Positions 14,412 to 40,969 of a DNA stretch of 64,000 bases are shown one piece after another. The position numbers and the translations under genes were made by a program. The notes under the pieces were generated by a model that did no database searches, had not been told where the DNA came from, and saw nothing but the letters and a program-made list of their open reading frames with translations. The stretch lies in the NCBI RefSeq assembly GCF_009914755.1, contig NC_060936.1. One strand, written 5' to 3'. Source of the DNA: the human T2T-CHM13v2.0 reference genome, Homo sapiens. Within the stretch, counting starts at the first letter, position 1. Each line of letters starts with the position of its first letter.

Positions 14412-15669
14412 GATAATGCACCACAATCAAGTGGGATTTATACTAGAGATGCAAGGATGGTTCAAAATATGAAAATCAATAAATGTGATAATATTATATC
14501 AACAGAATGAAGGGCAAAAGCCATATGATCATCTCAATAGATGGAGAAAAGAATTTTATAAAATTAAATATCACTTCATGATAAAAACTCTCAATAAACT
14601 AGACTTAGAAGAAACATACCTCAAAATAATCAAGGCCATATATGACAAACACACAGCCAACATCAAACTGAATGGGGAAAAACTGACAGACTTTCCTCTA
14701 AGAACTGGAAAAAGACGAGGATGCCCATTTTCACCACTCCTATTCAACATAGCACTGTAAGACTCCTGGCCATAGAAATCAGGCAAGAGAAAGAAGTAAA
14801 AGGCATCCACATTGGAAAAGAGGAAGTCAAATTGTCAAATTGTTTCTTAGTTGATGATATGATCTTATACCTAGAAAAATCTAAAGACTCCACTAAAAAA
14901 CTCTTAGATTTGATAAATGAATTAAATAAAGTTTCAGGATACAAAATAAATGTACAAAAATTAATAGAATTTCTATAGAATGATAGTAATTTAACTAGGA
15001 AAGAAATCAAGAAAGCAATCCCATTTACAATAGCTACAAAAGTAAAACAAAATACCTATAGTGACAAATTAAACCGAGGAAGTGAAAGATCTCTACAAGA
15101 GAAACAACAAAGCACTGATGAAAGAAATTGTAGATGACACAAACAAATGGAAAAACATCCCATGATCACAAATCAGAAGAATTAATATCATCAAAATGAC
15201 CATACTGCCCAAAGCAATCTACAGATTCAATGCAATCCCTATCGAAATGCCAACATCATTCTTCACAGAATTAGAAAAAGCAATTGTGAAATTCATATGG
15301 AACCAAATAGAGCCCAAACAGCCAAAGAATCTGGAGGATAAAGAACAAAGCAGCCCACATCACATTACCTGATGTCAAAATATATTACAACACTATAGTA
15401 ACCAAACAGCATGGTATTGGTATAAAAATAGACACATAGACCAATGGAACAGAATAGAGAACCCAGAAATAAAGCCACAAATTTATAGCCAACTGATTTT
15501 GACAAAGCCAGCTAGAACTTACATTATGGAAAGGACACCATTTTGAATAAAAAGTGCTGAAAAAATTAGATAACCATATGCAGAAGAATGAAACTGGACC
15601 TATATCTCTCACCATATACAAAAATCAACTCAAAATAGATTAAAGACTTAAATTAAAAGACCGAAACTA

Positions 15670-15970
15670 GGCCAGGCACAGTGGCTCATTCTTGTAATCC
15701 CAGCACTTTGGGAGGCCGAGGCAGGCATATCACTTGAGCTCAGGAGTTCGAGACCAGCCTGGGCAACATGGCAAAATGTTGTCTCTACAAAAAGTATAAA
15801 AATTAGCCAAGCATGGTGTGTATGTCTGTAATCCCAGCTATTCAGGGGGCTGAGGCAGGAGGATCGCTTGAGCCCGGGTGGTCAAGGCTGTAGTGAGCTG
15901 CAGTGGTGCCACTGCACTCACCCTGGGTGACAGAGCAAGACCCTGTCTCAAAAAAAAAAAAAAAAAAAGA
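15670..15970 (+). mobile_element. AluJ-like inside L1
   Basis: Alu consensus with poly(A). Confidence 0.9.
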
Positions 15971-16250
15971 AAACCTAGGAAAAACTCTTCTGGGCATTGG
16001 TCTAGGCAAAGAATTCATGACTAAGACCTCAAAAGCACAAGCAACAAAAACAAAAATAAATAAATGAGATTTAATTAAACTAAAAAGCTTCTGCAAAGCA
16101 AAAGAAATAACCAACACATGAACAGACAACCTGCAGAATGCAAGAAAGTATTTGCAAACTATGCATTCAACAGGGTATTAATATTCAGAATGTACAAGGA
16201 ATGCAAACAACAACAACAAAAACAAATAATCCTATTTAAAAGTGGGCAAA

Positions 16251-16545
<295 letters not shown>

Positions 16546-17837
16546 GTGAAAGAAGGATGTAAATAGATATTTTGCAAAAGAAGACATATGAATGGCCAAC
16601 AAGTATAGGAAAAAATGCTCAACGTCACTCATCATCAGAGAAATACAAATTAAAATTGCAATAAGATATCATCTTACACCAGTCAGAATGGCTAGAATTC
16701 AAAGGACAAAAAATAACTGATGTTGGTGAGGATGCAGAGAAAAGGGAATGCTTATACACTGTTGGTGGGAATGTAAATTAGTACAACCTCTATGAAAAGC
16801 AGTATGGAGATGATGGATATGTTAATTAGCTCCATTACGGTGATTATTTCACAATGTATACATATATCAAAATATCAGTTTGCATATCTTAAATATATAC
16901 AATTTTTGTTCATCAATTATACCTCATAAAAGCTGGGGGGAAGGATGTATTGGTGTATTTAATGAAATATTGAAAAGACATTTATTTTTCCTATTTAAGA
17001 ATGAGGATATACAAGGAGGCTGCATGCCTTCAGATGACCCCTCAACGCAGTCACTGTGCCTAGGTATCTGTGTTTACATCTCAGACCCATAGGAATGACC
17101 CCACAAAAACACTGAATCTCATTTGAAAAGAATTACAAGTGTTTGGGGTGGGGATAAGTGTCAGAAGGGAGAGGAAATAAGGCAGGCAATCACTGACTCC
17201 CTTCTGATCCAGTGATACCATACTATATGTGATACAAGTGGTTTGGGAATAGAATTCAGTAGACATTTCAGAAGGGTCAGGCTTCTCTACTTAACTCTGA
17301 CTTATTACAATAGCCCTAGAACTCAAGTGGTGGAACAATCAATAGTTTAGGTTAAGTATCCTTTCCCTTTACACAGAAAGTATCCATCAAACTCCAAAGG
17401 AAAGGAAAATGGTGGAAAGGCTAAATTAGCATGACTAGCAATCGTGGGAGTTCTCTTGCTGCCACCATTCTTAAGCCTTGGCTTCACCTCTGTTCCCACT
17501 CAGGTTGGTCCCTAAAGAGTACATGAAAAGAGAAATGAGAAGTGGACTTGGGCAGAAAAATGAGCATAGCTAAATGAGCTAAATGGTAAGCATCATGTTT
17601 TCATTCCCCAAAACATGTCCTCTCTCTTTCTTATCATCATAAGGTTAGTTGGGACCCAGAAAAATGGCAAGTCCCTTGAGAACTTCCCTGCAAAATATGG
17701 TGCAACCACTATGAACAAGAAATGGAAGAATGAATTGTACAGGTATAAGAGGTAAGAGATCCTTTCCTGAGTTCCCCTTAGCCTTAGAATGACAGGGGAA
17801 GGCAGTGACTACTAGTAGGGCAAGAATGTCAGCTTAC

Positions 17838-18159
<322 letters not shown>

Positions 18160-18171
18160 TTAGCAGCCCAC

Positions 18172-18430
18172 TGTAGTATACTATAAGACACATATTGCAG
18201 CTGTAAGATTAATGATAACCATAAGGCCCACTCAAACATCTCACAGGACCTACACTATATATGATGATGCAACTTGTCCTAGTAATACTCTGGCCAGAGT
18301 TGGAAATCCCCAGGCCACCTTGCATCATACTGCTAAGTGACATATAGTGTGGGCCATGTGTGATATTTGAGTGGGCCTTATGGTTATTGTTAATCTTGTA
18401 GCCACAGTATGTCTCTAATAGTATACTACA
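18172..18430. mobile_element. Unassigned 259-bp MITE-like element: 90-bp TIRs, TGT..ACA ends, 5-bp TSD CCCAC
   Basis: 18172-18261 vs reverse complement of 18341-18430: 75/90 identical, ungapped; CCCAC at 18167-18171 and 18431-18435. Confidence 0.7.
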
Positions 18431-18840
18431 CCCACAAAGGGTCTTATGACCAGAACAAAAGGAAATTGACTTAGCAAATATGCCTTGGACAGCCTTGCCA
18501 GCAACTGGATAAGGATCATCTACGCCATGCTAGATTACCAGGAGAGAGAGGGCCACACCTGAGGGCCAGAGGGGATGAGTCACATGTGGAGCAGGAAATC
18601 AGCATAGAACCAAGGCAGGCCACCAGTGAGTAGATGCCTGTGGTCACCAACACCACAGTTACTCTAGGGTCAGCATAACATCAACCCCCAGTAAGAGACA
18701 AGAAGGGGAAAATCTTAATGTATAGTTATGAAACCTTAAATGACTGAGAAATCACAGAATTTTCCACTGAGTTCATACTTAACATGACTGAATTAAATTT
18801 TTGCTTCAGACATAAACAGAAGCTTGAAAGATAAATTAAT

Positions 18841-19060
18841 ACAGTTTGAGGATTCCTAATCCAAAATTCTCCAAAATTCAAAACTTTTTGAGCACCAACA
18901 TGAAGCTCAAAGGAAATGCTCACTGGAGCATCTGATTTTTGGAATTTAAGATTAGGGATGCTCAGCTGGCAAGTGTGATGAAAATATTCCAAAATCTGAA
19001 AAACTGTGAAACCCAAAACATTCCCTCCCAAGCATTTTGGATGAGAGATACTCATCCAAA
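18841..19060. mobile_element. Tigger4a/MER46-like TcMar-Tigger MITE
   Basis: Characteristic CCAAAATTCAAAACTTTTTGAGCACCAACATGA..CAAAGGAAATGCTCACTGGAGCA and CCCAAGCATTTTGGAT.AG.GATACTCA end. Confidence 0.7.
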
Positions 19061-19163
19061 ATGTGTATCTCCAAAATGTGTTTAAAATAAAATCATATTT
19101 TGCATACCTGAGTCTGTGGGCTAAAAAATTACAATACACCACTGATCAAGAAAATGCAAGTTA

Positions 19164-19462
<299 letters not shown>

Positions 19463-19699
19463 GAAGAAAATGCAAGTTTGTGTTGACATTACCTTTACTC
19501 CCTGAGACATCTGTGTCTTTGGACAGGAGACAAAAATGATGAACTACCTAGTGTCTTTACAGATTTTCAGACAGAGTTCGAATTTTATCATTTTGTTGCT
19601 TGACTTCCACAATAATCAAGCTATAGATTATGAATTTTAAAAGTGTTACAATGCAGTCCTGCAAAGATAATGCAGGACTGCATGTGTTACAATGCAGTC

Positions 19700-21800
19700 C
19701 TGGTCACACACAGAAACCATCGAGGTGCTAAGGCAGCTGACTAAGCCTGTCTTGTATAATAGAATTCACCAGATATTGTGGGGAGAAGATGGAGAAGGCC
19801 TTGCTCTTACAGTTAGCTGAGCTCATTACCCATCGCTGATTCCTGATCTGAGGGTGAAGCAGGTCCTGGCATTACCTTATAGAGAGAGGACAGCTGGAAC
19901 CCATGCCAGGTCTCACTGGACACCTTGTGTGAGACATCCTTTGGCTGTGACATTTCTCCTTACTTGAAGTTACTTCTGTGTTGTATCCTTTTCCCAAAGT
20001 AACCATAGGTTGGTAAGCATCATTATTTGGGGTCCTGTGAGGGACCAGAAGTGTTTTTGGACTTTGCAATTGAAGAAAAATTAGGTGTTTTGGACTTAGC
20101 CATTACTCTCTGCCTAACTGCTGCCATTAGTTCAGCCAGCCAGCATCATATGTGGGATTAGAAATTTGTCTCCCCAACTCATTTTTAGCTAAAACTATAA
20201 CTAAGGCATTATTTAGATAGAAAAGGGGTGGTTCCGATAAAGAGGATGAAAATGAATCATTGACGCCATGTGGTTGGTTGCCTACTTGCCCTTAGTTTGA
20301 AGTAGCACATGCTTTGAAATCACTTGCTGATAATAAACCTTCCCAGTGAGATCTGAAAATTATAAAACTGAAACCTCAGGAGCTAGTAAAATGGATTGGC
20401 AGGAAATTTCAATCCAGTGGCAGGTCCACTAAAATTCAGTTCCACGGTTGCTGCATTAGCAAAGGTAAAAGGAAGCCCAAAGATCTCCTTTGGCTGAGCT
20501 TCACATTCTCTGGCCAGGAGACGGCGCTCCAACCAAAGGAAGCTGGGCAACCATAACCTGACACCGGGTTGTAACTATGAGACTAATTACTACTAAGAAG
20601 ATATTTAGTTAAGTTGAAATGTATTTCTAATATGTAGGCAATTTTAATTTTGATGTAGTTGTTTAATTTTTCTGTAATTAATGGGCCATTGAAAATTGCA
20701 TTCTTGTTAATTGTTGGAATTTTCTTACTGGCCTTACATGGCAAGTTTTGGTTATTCCTCAGCCATTATATATATATATATGCCACCTTTTTATGGCAAA
20801 AATTACTTTTTGGTTGTAAAGTTGTTTATTCTGTGTTCTTTGCTAATAAAGATTTGTTATCGGCCGGGCATGGTGGCTCACACCTGTAATACTAGCACTT
20901 TGGGAGGCCAAGGGGAGCAGATCACGAGGTCATGAGATCGAGACCAACCTGGCCAATATGGTGAAACCCCATCTCTACTAAAATACAAAAAAAAAAAAAA
21001 TTAGCTGGGCGTGGTGGCTCGTGCCTGTAGTCCCAGCTACTCAGGAGGCTGAGGCAGGAGACTCACCTGAACCTGGAGGTGGAGGTTGCAGTGAGCCAAG
21101 ATCATGCCACTGCACTCCAGCCTGGTGAGAGAGCAAGACTCTGTCTCAAAAAAAAAAAAAAAAAAAAAAAGACATTTCAAATGGGGCAAGCTGACTGATA
21201 ATGGAAGGACGGCAAAAGGAAACATGAAAGTAAGGGGTTGTTAAGTGAAATCATTGAGACATTTTGTAGTGTTAAAAGCAGCTTCCCTTTGAGCCCTTGT
21301 TGAAATGGCTCCTGAGGGTTTTAGATCAAGGTGCAGTGTTCCTGTCCTTGAACACTGCTGAGTAGGGAAGAATGTTTGCCAGCTCCTAAGGGAATATTTG
21401 GGCTTACACTGGATCTTCAGTTGTCCGCTACCTTTGCAGGGACAGTTCATGGGGCAGCTGCTAGTTCACTAGACTGGATCAAGGGAAGGACGTGTCATAC
21501 ATACCCAGATTGTCTGAGCTCCTGGTTCTGATGTGTTTCACATACACATTGGTGGTTTCTAATCAAGAGAGTGAGCACATGCTAGTATGACCCTGTAGGG
21601 GGAAGAATATTGGAGCTCCCTCCAGGGCTCTCTCCAGGACTCCTTGATGGGAGGCAGCTTTTGGCTGTGGTGCATATCCTTACTTTAATGCTGTTGCTAC
21701 ATTTGTATCATTTTTCCTGCAAATCATAGATTTGTAAGCAACATCATTTTGGGTCCCTGGAGTCTTCTTTATCAATGGAGTCCTGTCTAACTGTCATCAT
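19700..21800 (+). mobile_element. Old ERVL-type LTR remnants (two related LTR-like segments ~19750-20045 and ~21400-21790)
   Basis: Both segments share TTTGGCTGTG..CCTTACTT..TTGTATC..CATAG.TT.GTAAGCA.CAT.ATTT.GGGTCC, highly diverged. Confidence 0.4.
20862..21170 (+). mobile_element. AluS(c)-like
   Basis: Alu consensus with poly(A). Confidence 0.92.
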
Positions 21801-22865
21801 TAGTACAAAAAAACCTCTTACCCTCAGGAAGTCTGCAGTTTATTGGGAGCTGAATAGCAAGTGTGGGGTCAGCAAGGAGGCCCAGAAGGTTAGCAGGGAG
21901 GGTTTCTCATGAGCCAAGGGGAGAAATTGTAGGTTGGTCATTCAGACTGCAATGAAGTCTAAATGAGCTAGGGTTATTTTGCCCTAAGCCCATAACCAAA
22001 GAGCTTGCTGGGGATTTTGAGAAAGGCGGACATTAGAAGATATCTGGGTTTGAGGAAATTTTTTCTGGAGGGAGAATAAATCATAAGTACTCAAGGACTT
22101 GAATAAAGTCTCATAAAACTTCGAAGTGAAAATAATAGATTTTTCTATTAAATAATATAATTAGTATTTAATGGAATAAGCTAATGATATGCAAAATCAA
22201 CTGAAGATGCAGCATGACTGACCATTAATATATCTAATATTATCTATATCTAACATGAACATGTCCCACCATACTCTCTAATCCCAAGTCCAAGGCTTTC
22301 CTGAGCTAAGCTGCAGCTACAGCAATCGGAAGGTGGGAGTGGTAAAGCCCCAGGTCCCATGGAAGTCCCGTCTGCAGCAGCAGCAGCAGCTGCTGCAGCG
22401 TGTGTGACCCTTTCTATCCGGGGGCTGAACATGGATGTTCCAGGAACATTAGCACTCGGGTGATGGATATACAGCTGAAAGGTTGGTATTGCCCCATGTA
22501 AATGCACCTCTCTATCTGACTCCCAAGCATCTAAGGAAGAACTAAAACAGAGGAAGTTTTCCCTGTCTTGAGGATGGGAAAGCATAAAACTGGAGTGCAG
22601 AGGTGGGTGCCTAGAAGTGGGACTGGCAACTTATCTGGTGCTACACTACAGGCGGAGATTCCCTTCTCTCATGAGACTGTTACCACTTAAAGAACTGAAA
22701 TAGCCAGTCTTTTGCCACAATGAGCAAACGAAACAATAGTACAAACAGGCAATGAAAGACAACCATCAAGAGGAATAATCAGAACAACCCCATTAAAAAA
22801 TGTTGAAGGAGATACACATGGACCAAAACAACTACCATGGAAAAAAATACATATATATATATAAT

Positions 22866-23142
<277 letters not shown>

Positions 23143-23259
23143 TGAAAAAAATATATATGAAGAGGAATTACAGATTCAAATACAGCACAATAAAAGGCAT
23201 CCTAGAACCAGGAGCTCTGATTTTATTATCTTAAAACTCAGACTTCCAGTTTCCACTCA

Positions 23260-24520
<1,261 letters not shown>

Positions 24521-24850
24521 AAGCTTATTTCTTTTTCTTTTTAATTTTATTTTCTTATTTCTCTGATTTCTGCCTCAAAAGTATTGCCACGTGGTTACAG
24601 GTTATGTTCCCAAGGACATGAAACAAGACGGAGTCCTGTACCCAGTTTGTTACTGATCGTTTTGCTGGGCTGGCTTGAACAGCAGGCTTATGGGGTCCTG
24701 GGACTGCTTCCTAAACTAAGATACTCTTTCTTTGACAGAACCAACGAGAAAGACATGCAAAGCACACCAGATAGTCTACAGCTTACAACCAACCTCACAA
24801 ATTCTTTGTCATTAATTATAAATTTACAAAGAATATAAACAATGATTCTT

Positions 24851-32343
<7,493 letters not shown>

Positions 32344-34464
32344 AACAATGATTCTTATTATCCCTTTTGCCATTTTGCACAGTGAGAGAGAAGACAAAAG
32401 CCTGACTGGTAAGAAATTTTTACCCTTTTGCCAGCATATTAGTCTTCTGGGTTCCCTTCCCCCAGCTCAACTCTAAGCCAAACATTTTTAAGTTTTGGAA
32501 AATTAACTTTTCCAGGTTGGGAGAACATTATAAAAGAGATAGAAGCCTTTTTAAACCATGAAAGAAGGAAAAACACCATGGAAAGGAGTTCCAGTTAGGG
32601 TTGTCAAGAGGTATTGCCTCTTTTCCTATTGGGAATGGTGTTTCCCCTATTTCTTTGCCTTCTCTATTTTCTCTTTCCCTTTTGGCCTACTATAGAAGAC
32701 ATATTGCTCATCCCCAAAATTTTCTCCTGTTTGCAGAGCTGCCTGTTTTAGCTGCAGTAGGGTTTGGCTTAGGAGCAGCATAACATTCCTCCATGAGAAG
32801 TCAAATACCTGAGTTAAACTTTGGAAAGCTTCTATACACCTATCAGTGTTATCAGAAAATTGGTCTAAGACTCCTTCACTTGACTAAGGTCCTGCAATGA
32901 GAAGGGAATGTGAAGGGGCCCAAAATAAGGGGGACACTCAGATTATTTCCCTGAAAGTTACTTTTTTAATTTTGGGGAACTATTTTCCCTGGGCCTGCCC
33001 AATATGGTTGCTAAAAGAGCTGGGTTGATTTTGCAACACTTGCAAAGGTCTAATAAAAATGCCATGCCCTTGTGCAGAAGAAAATAAGCCACTTTTTCTT
33101 CAAAGTTTAAAGGTCAAAGAAGTCCCAGTGCTCCAAAATACACTCCAGGGGAGTGCATGTTGAAGATGATCTGTTGCCCATCTAGAAAGAGAAGTGAGAA
33201 GAAAAGCGTCTCCTTCCTTTTGGTATGTGATCCAGGATGGAGAAGAAAGCAGTAGGAGGCGTCCCCCAATAATTTTCTCTCCTTGGCTCCTGAATCCCTG
33301 GCACCCATTTAAATGTGCCGCCCATGACTGCAGGCATGACCCTCTGCACCACGACACCAGAGGAACTATACTTTTGGGCCTTAGTCATGCTGTCCCCAAG
33401 AAGTCTTAGTCCTCTGCCTTTTATTTCCCTTTGACCTCCTAGACTTCTGTGGCCTGTGTGTCTTCCAAAAAAAAAAAAACAAAATGGATTTCAAGAAAAA
33501 CCACTTAATTGGGCAAGCCCCCTTTAAGGTGGGGGGCATGCTAGATTGAACTTTATATGCTATTATGGCTCATACTAAAGCACTTACCCGTAGAAGAATG
33601 GTTCTGGTTAACTTCCGGACTTAAAATCCCCTTACTAATTAAGTAGTCTTAATAGGAGACACAATAGGTGCCTTAAAGGAACGTAGAAACCGAATGGCCA
33701 TTTTCCTGCCAGTGGGACAATATCAAGACTAAAATTTGTCTATGGAAGACATCTTACTCCTAACTGTTAAAAGCAGAGCTTTCCCACTTACAGAAGTAGC
33801 AGTAGAAAAGCGCAAAATAGAAAAGTTCCAAGGCTGCAATGTACCACAGAGAACCAGCAATGTGTCTCATGAAGAGGATTTTTATTTCCACTAGGTAGCT
33901 TAGAAATATCACGTGCTCACCAGAGAAGTTGTAGCAAGTAACCTCTCCTCAGGGGAAAAGGGGAAAATGCTGTTCCTAGACTGTAAAAATCCTTGCACAT
34001 TTCACGCAGAGAAAGAGTAAGAGGCCACAGATAGAGAAGGAAGAAGAGTTTTGCAACAGGACAGTTGAGGATTCTCTACCAACACTGGAATGGACTGTCA
34101 GAGGCTGCATTCGGTCCAGAGGCATTTGAATCACACCAGGCCCTGGTCTGGAATTCTCAGTTGCCTCAGAACTTTTCCCAGCCTCGCATGATAGCAAAGT
34201 CTCCCTGTAAAAAGAAGCTAGTTCAAACATGGCCAACATTACCAATACCAGTGGGTAATGGGGGATTCTCCATGTTCTTCCCAGAAAGCTTCATATCTGT
34301 GTCTTCAGTACGGCAGCCAACGCTAAGCATATGTACTAGGCTGACAGATGCCTATTGATTTATTTGATTTATTCTAATATAGAGGCTAAGAGCACCTCTG
34401 AATGATAGAACAGGTTTTAAGCTTGCTTTCATATTCACCACTCCAACAAAGGCTTTACCTCAGA

Positions 34465-34482
34465 TTCCCAGCCAATGCACCA
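34465..34482 (-). other. Retroviral primer-binding site complementary to tRNA-Gly(GCC)
   Basis: + strand TTCCCAGCCAATGCACCA matches the tRNA-Gly 3' end TTCCCGGCCAATGCACCA at 17/18, 3 nt from the LTR end. Confidence 0.75.
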
Positions 34483-37014
34483 AAATGATATGGCTCTGAT
34501 AAGCAGAGGAACACCAGGATTCTTGGTCCCCATGCTAAATTAGATAAAACGTCAGGGACACACATGGAGTGGTTTTAAGGAGCAGAGAGTTTAATAGGCA
34601 AGAAAGAATGGAGAAGAAAGAAAGAAGAAGCTCCCCGTACAGAGACAGAGGGTGGGGGTCTCTAAAGCCGACAGAAGAGACCCCAAGTGTGGTGGAAACC
34701 AGCCAGGTGTATGAAGAGGCTGGAGGAGGTGGTGTCTGATTTGCATAGGGCTTAGGGGATTGGTTTGACCAGGCACGTCATTCACATAGCCCGCGAAAAA
34801 AACTGGCCCTCCCACTCTAGCCTTTTAATATACAAAGGCAGGGCACCATGATGTTCTACAAACATGGGGATATGTGGGGGTGGCCTTGTTGCCAGGCACG
34901 TAAGGAGGCAAGGGAAAGAGGACAATGGTGGGAATCGCCATGTTGGGTGGACCCAATTTCTAATGGCTTGCATTTGCATATCAAAGGTTGCACACCTGAC
35001 ATTTGCATATCAAAAGTTGCCAGCCTGGCTCTAAGACAGGAAACATTTCTGGAGCTGCTTTAAAAGAGATGAAAACTTTCCAAGGACCCCTTTTCCTCTC
35101 TATCTGCCTAAAATAATTTCTTAATAATTCCTACCACACTGTTTCCAAGAAATGCTGAAGGGGAAGAACATGAGTAGTTTATTCCGGTTCAAGACTTCCC
35201 ACGAACTGTGGACCAAGTCCAAGACCAGTTGAATGACCTTATTATCAATGATGACTCCTCTCTAAAAGACCCTGTGATCCACAGCAATCAATCCAAATGC
35301 AGAGGAGTTTGCTCCTGGGGTGAAGTACTCACATATTTGAGCAGATGGGGTTCTCTTTTGCTGGGGGATTTGGATTGGCTTTTTGGAAGCTAAAATGGTT
35401 CCTTAGGGTTAAGTAATACTTGCTAAAGCCTAAACTTTTTTTAAATGCAGAAATACAATTAAGTTCTAACTGTTAAGTTGATTTCTCAGTTCAGACTTAA
35501 ATTTGCATTTCTCCCCATCAAAAAGAATCTCCTCTTTGTGAGAAAGGCTGGTTAGTTAATTAGAAATAATTCATTATAGACCAGTATGTCTTTGGTTACT
35601 GAAGTTACAAGGTGGGGATCAGATAAGAACTAGTCCTGACTTTTATGGTGTATTATGTTGAAAATGTTAAATTCTGCTCCTAATATTACATCTGAGGTGA
35701 TTTGAGAATTTCGTCTTCTTCTGAGGAATCACTGCATCATAGCCATGCCTGTGTGAAGTCTAATGTTTGACCAACCCATAATCCAACTGAACAAAGAGAT
35801 TGTAACATTATGATTTGAGTGGTGCTTCTCTTCGCTTTGTTAACCATTACAACAATAGCACAATTTTTTAAAACAAAGCTAGATTAGTTTTGGCTTCTTA
35901 AACTTTGTATTCGGGTAGTTAAGCTGCCATACATGCTCAATAGGAATAGTATGTAATTTGAAAATACCGTAAAAAAATTTTTTTTCAAAGATACTTTAAA
36001 ACATAATAGTAGACTTGAAAAAATGAAATTATTGGCCACCCTAGGGCCCTCTTGATGATGCAACCCACTGAAATGAGAATGATACAAGGGAGAAGTAGTT
36101 GGCCCTGGAGAACCCGTTCAGAATCAGAACAGGCCTCCTGCTTAAGGACCTCTCCAGGGACCTCCCTCACTCTCCAAGGCCTAGAGCTGAGATCAAGTCC
36201 CTCTGGCCATTATTATTTGGGAGGTAGATTCAAGGCTTCCCCTTGGACAGAAAGGCTATGGGGATATTTCCTCGCTCAGAAGTTTCACCCCTGCATTCTC
36301 TAAAGGAAGGACAAAGCCGATAGAAGCCCACAGAGCCCTCTCCTATCTGTGGCTTTTGCTCCACTCTTGGAAAGGATGCCATACAGGGATCCTCCATTCA
36401 GGGCATCTCGTTGGCCTAGGGAGCCCAGGTGAAGGCAAATTTCCTTCTCATTCAAATCAATCTTCTCCTAAAACTACCCACTCTGGGAACCCACGAGGGT
36501 ACAAGTCATGAATCGAGATCAGATTCTCATTGATAACCTTCTTGAGTTAACCATCAAGGGGAGGGGGACTAGCCACTTTACCTTCCTCTGATCTAGACTA
36601 AATCCTCTAACTGTCCATTTTACCAGGTGTTCTTTTATTTCTCACCCCTATTTTTGGTCTTTAACTTCCTTCTGATGCATAAAAATATCCAAGTTTGATT
36701 TGGCTTTTTCCAAATCTTTTTCCAAATATTCCAAAGAATAGCATAGTCTTTGTGGATGCCCATGTTAAGACCTGAAATTGCAGTGAAAACAGTGGGCATC
36801 ATAGATTCACAGAAATGCTGAAATGGGAAGGCCTTGGAATGACCGATGTTCACAGTCCTCATTTCTATTCAAGGGTTTCCCCCTGCCTGGCTTCTGTGAA
36901 ACCAATACATTCATGTGTCATTTCTACTTGGATTGACACAGAATGGGAGAAGGGGCTTCTATTTAGTACCAGAAACACCACAGGAAGACTGTTTCCCCAT
37001 CTTTTTAATTTCTA

Positions 37015-37309
37015 AGCTGGTAGTAGGTATATTGACTCACCTGTAATCCCAGTACTTTGGGAGGCTAAGGAGGGATGATCACTTAAGGCCAAGAGTTTGA
37101 AACTAGCCTGGGCAATATAATGAGACCCCATCCCTAGAAAAAAATTAAATTAAAAATTAAATTTAAAAAAATCTAAGCTGGACTGAGGCACGAGAATAGC
37201 TTCAACCTAGGAGGTGGAGGCTTCAGTGAGTCGAGATCGTGCCACTGCACTCCAGCCTGGGCAAAAGAGTAAGACTCTGTCTCAAAAAAAAAAAAAAAAA
37301 AAAAAAAAA
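37015..37309 (+). mobile_element. Alu left monomer plus partial right arm
   Basis: Alu fragments; AAAATCTAA.CTGGA repeated on both sides of the right-arm piece. Confidence 0.8.
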
Positions 37310-37893
37310 TCTAATCTGGAATGAACTTTAGAAACCATCTATTTTTCTCAGACTTTTTTTTTTTTTAGAAACTTAAGTGGCTTATGAGCTTACAGTGGCT
37401 GAGAGACAACTTGCACCATGACCAGGTCTCATAATACTTCTATCAGTCACTCAGACACTCATCATGGTCTGCCACCCAGATGGTCAGCCAAAATGTTTAT
37501 TGCTTATTCACTATGCCAGTTAGCCTTCCTGTGGTTTGAGCTCGGTTCCTTTTGGAAGTAGAGAATAGCACTTCTCAGCACTCAGGAGTCCCAACTTCCT
37601 TCCCTTCCTTCTCCAGACTGAATAATTGCTGCTTTCTTCTCCTTCCTTTCTAGGTCTGATTCTCTGAACTTTTCCTCCCCACCTTCTCCACCACGGCCAA
37701 TAGGTTACTGCCCTGAGCTGGAAAGGACTGACACAGCCTGACATGGCAAGGCTTCCTCTGCTACAGAATCTGTCCTGGGTCTGCCTTGAAGCTTTACTGC
37801 CAATGCCTCATCCCCAGGCATGCCCTGCCACTGATAACCCACTGGAGCATTCTTTTTAGTTCTTGTCAGTCAAAAGGGAAACCTGAATGCTCC

Positions 37894-40969
<3,076 letters not shown>

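Noticed and set aside
22372-22398. (CAG)n/(CTG)n tract and the poly-Ala ORF 22250-22585
   Set aside because: Only about five CAG units plus a short palindrome; no splice or homology support for coding.
34465-34482. tRNA-Gly gene
   Set aside because: Only the 3' ~18-20 nt including CCA, adjacent to an LTR, so it is a primer-binding site.
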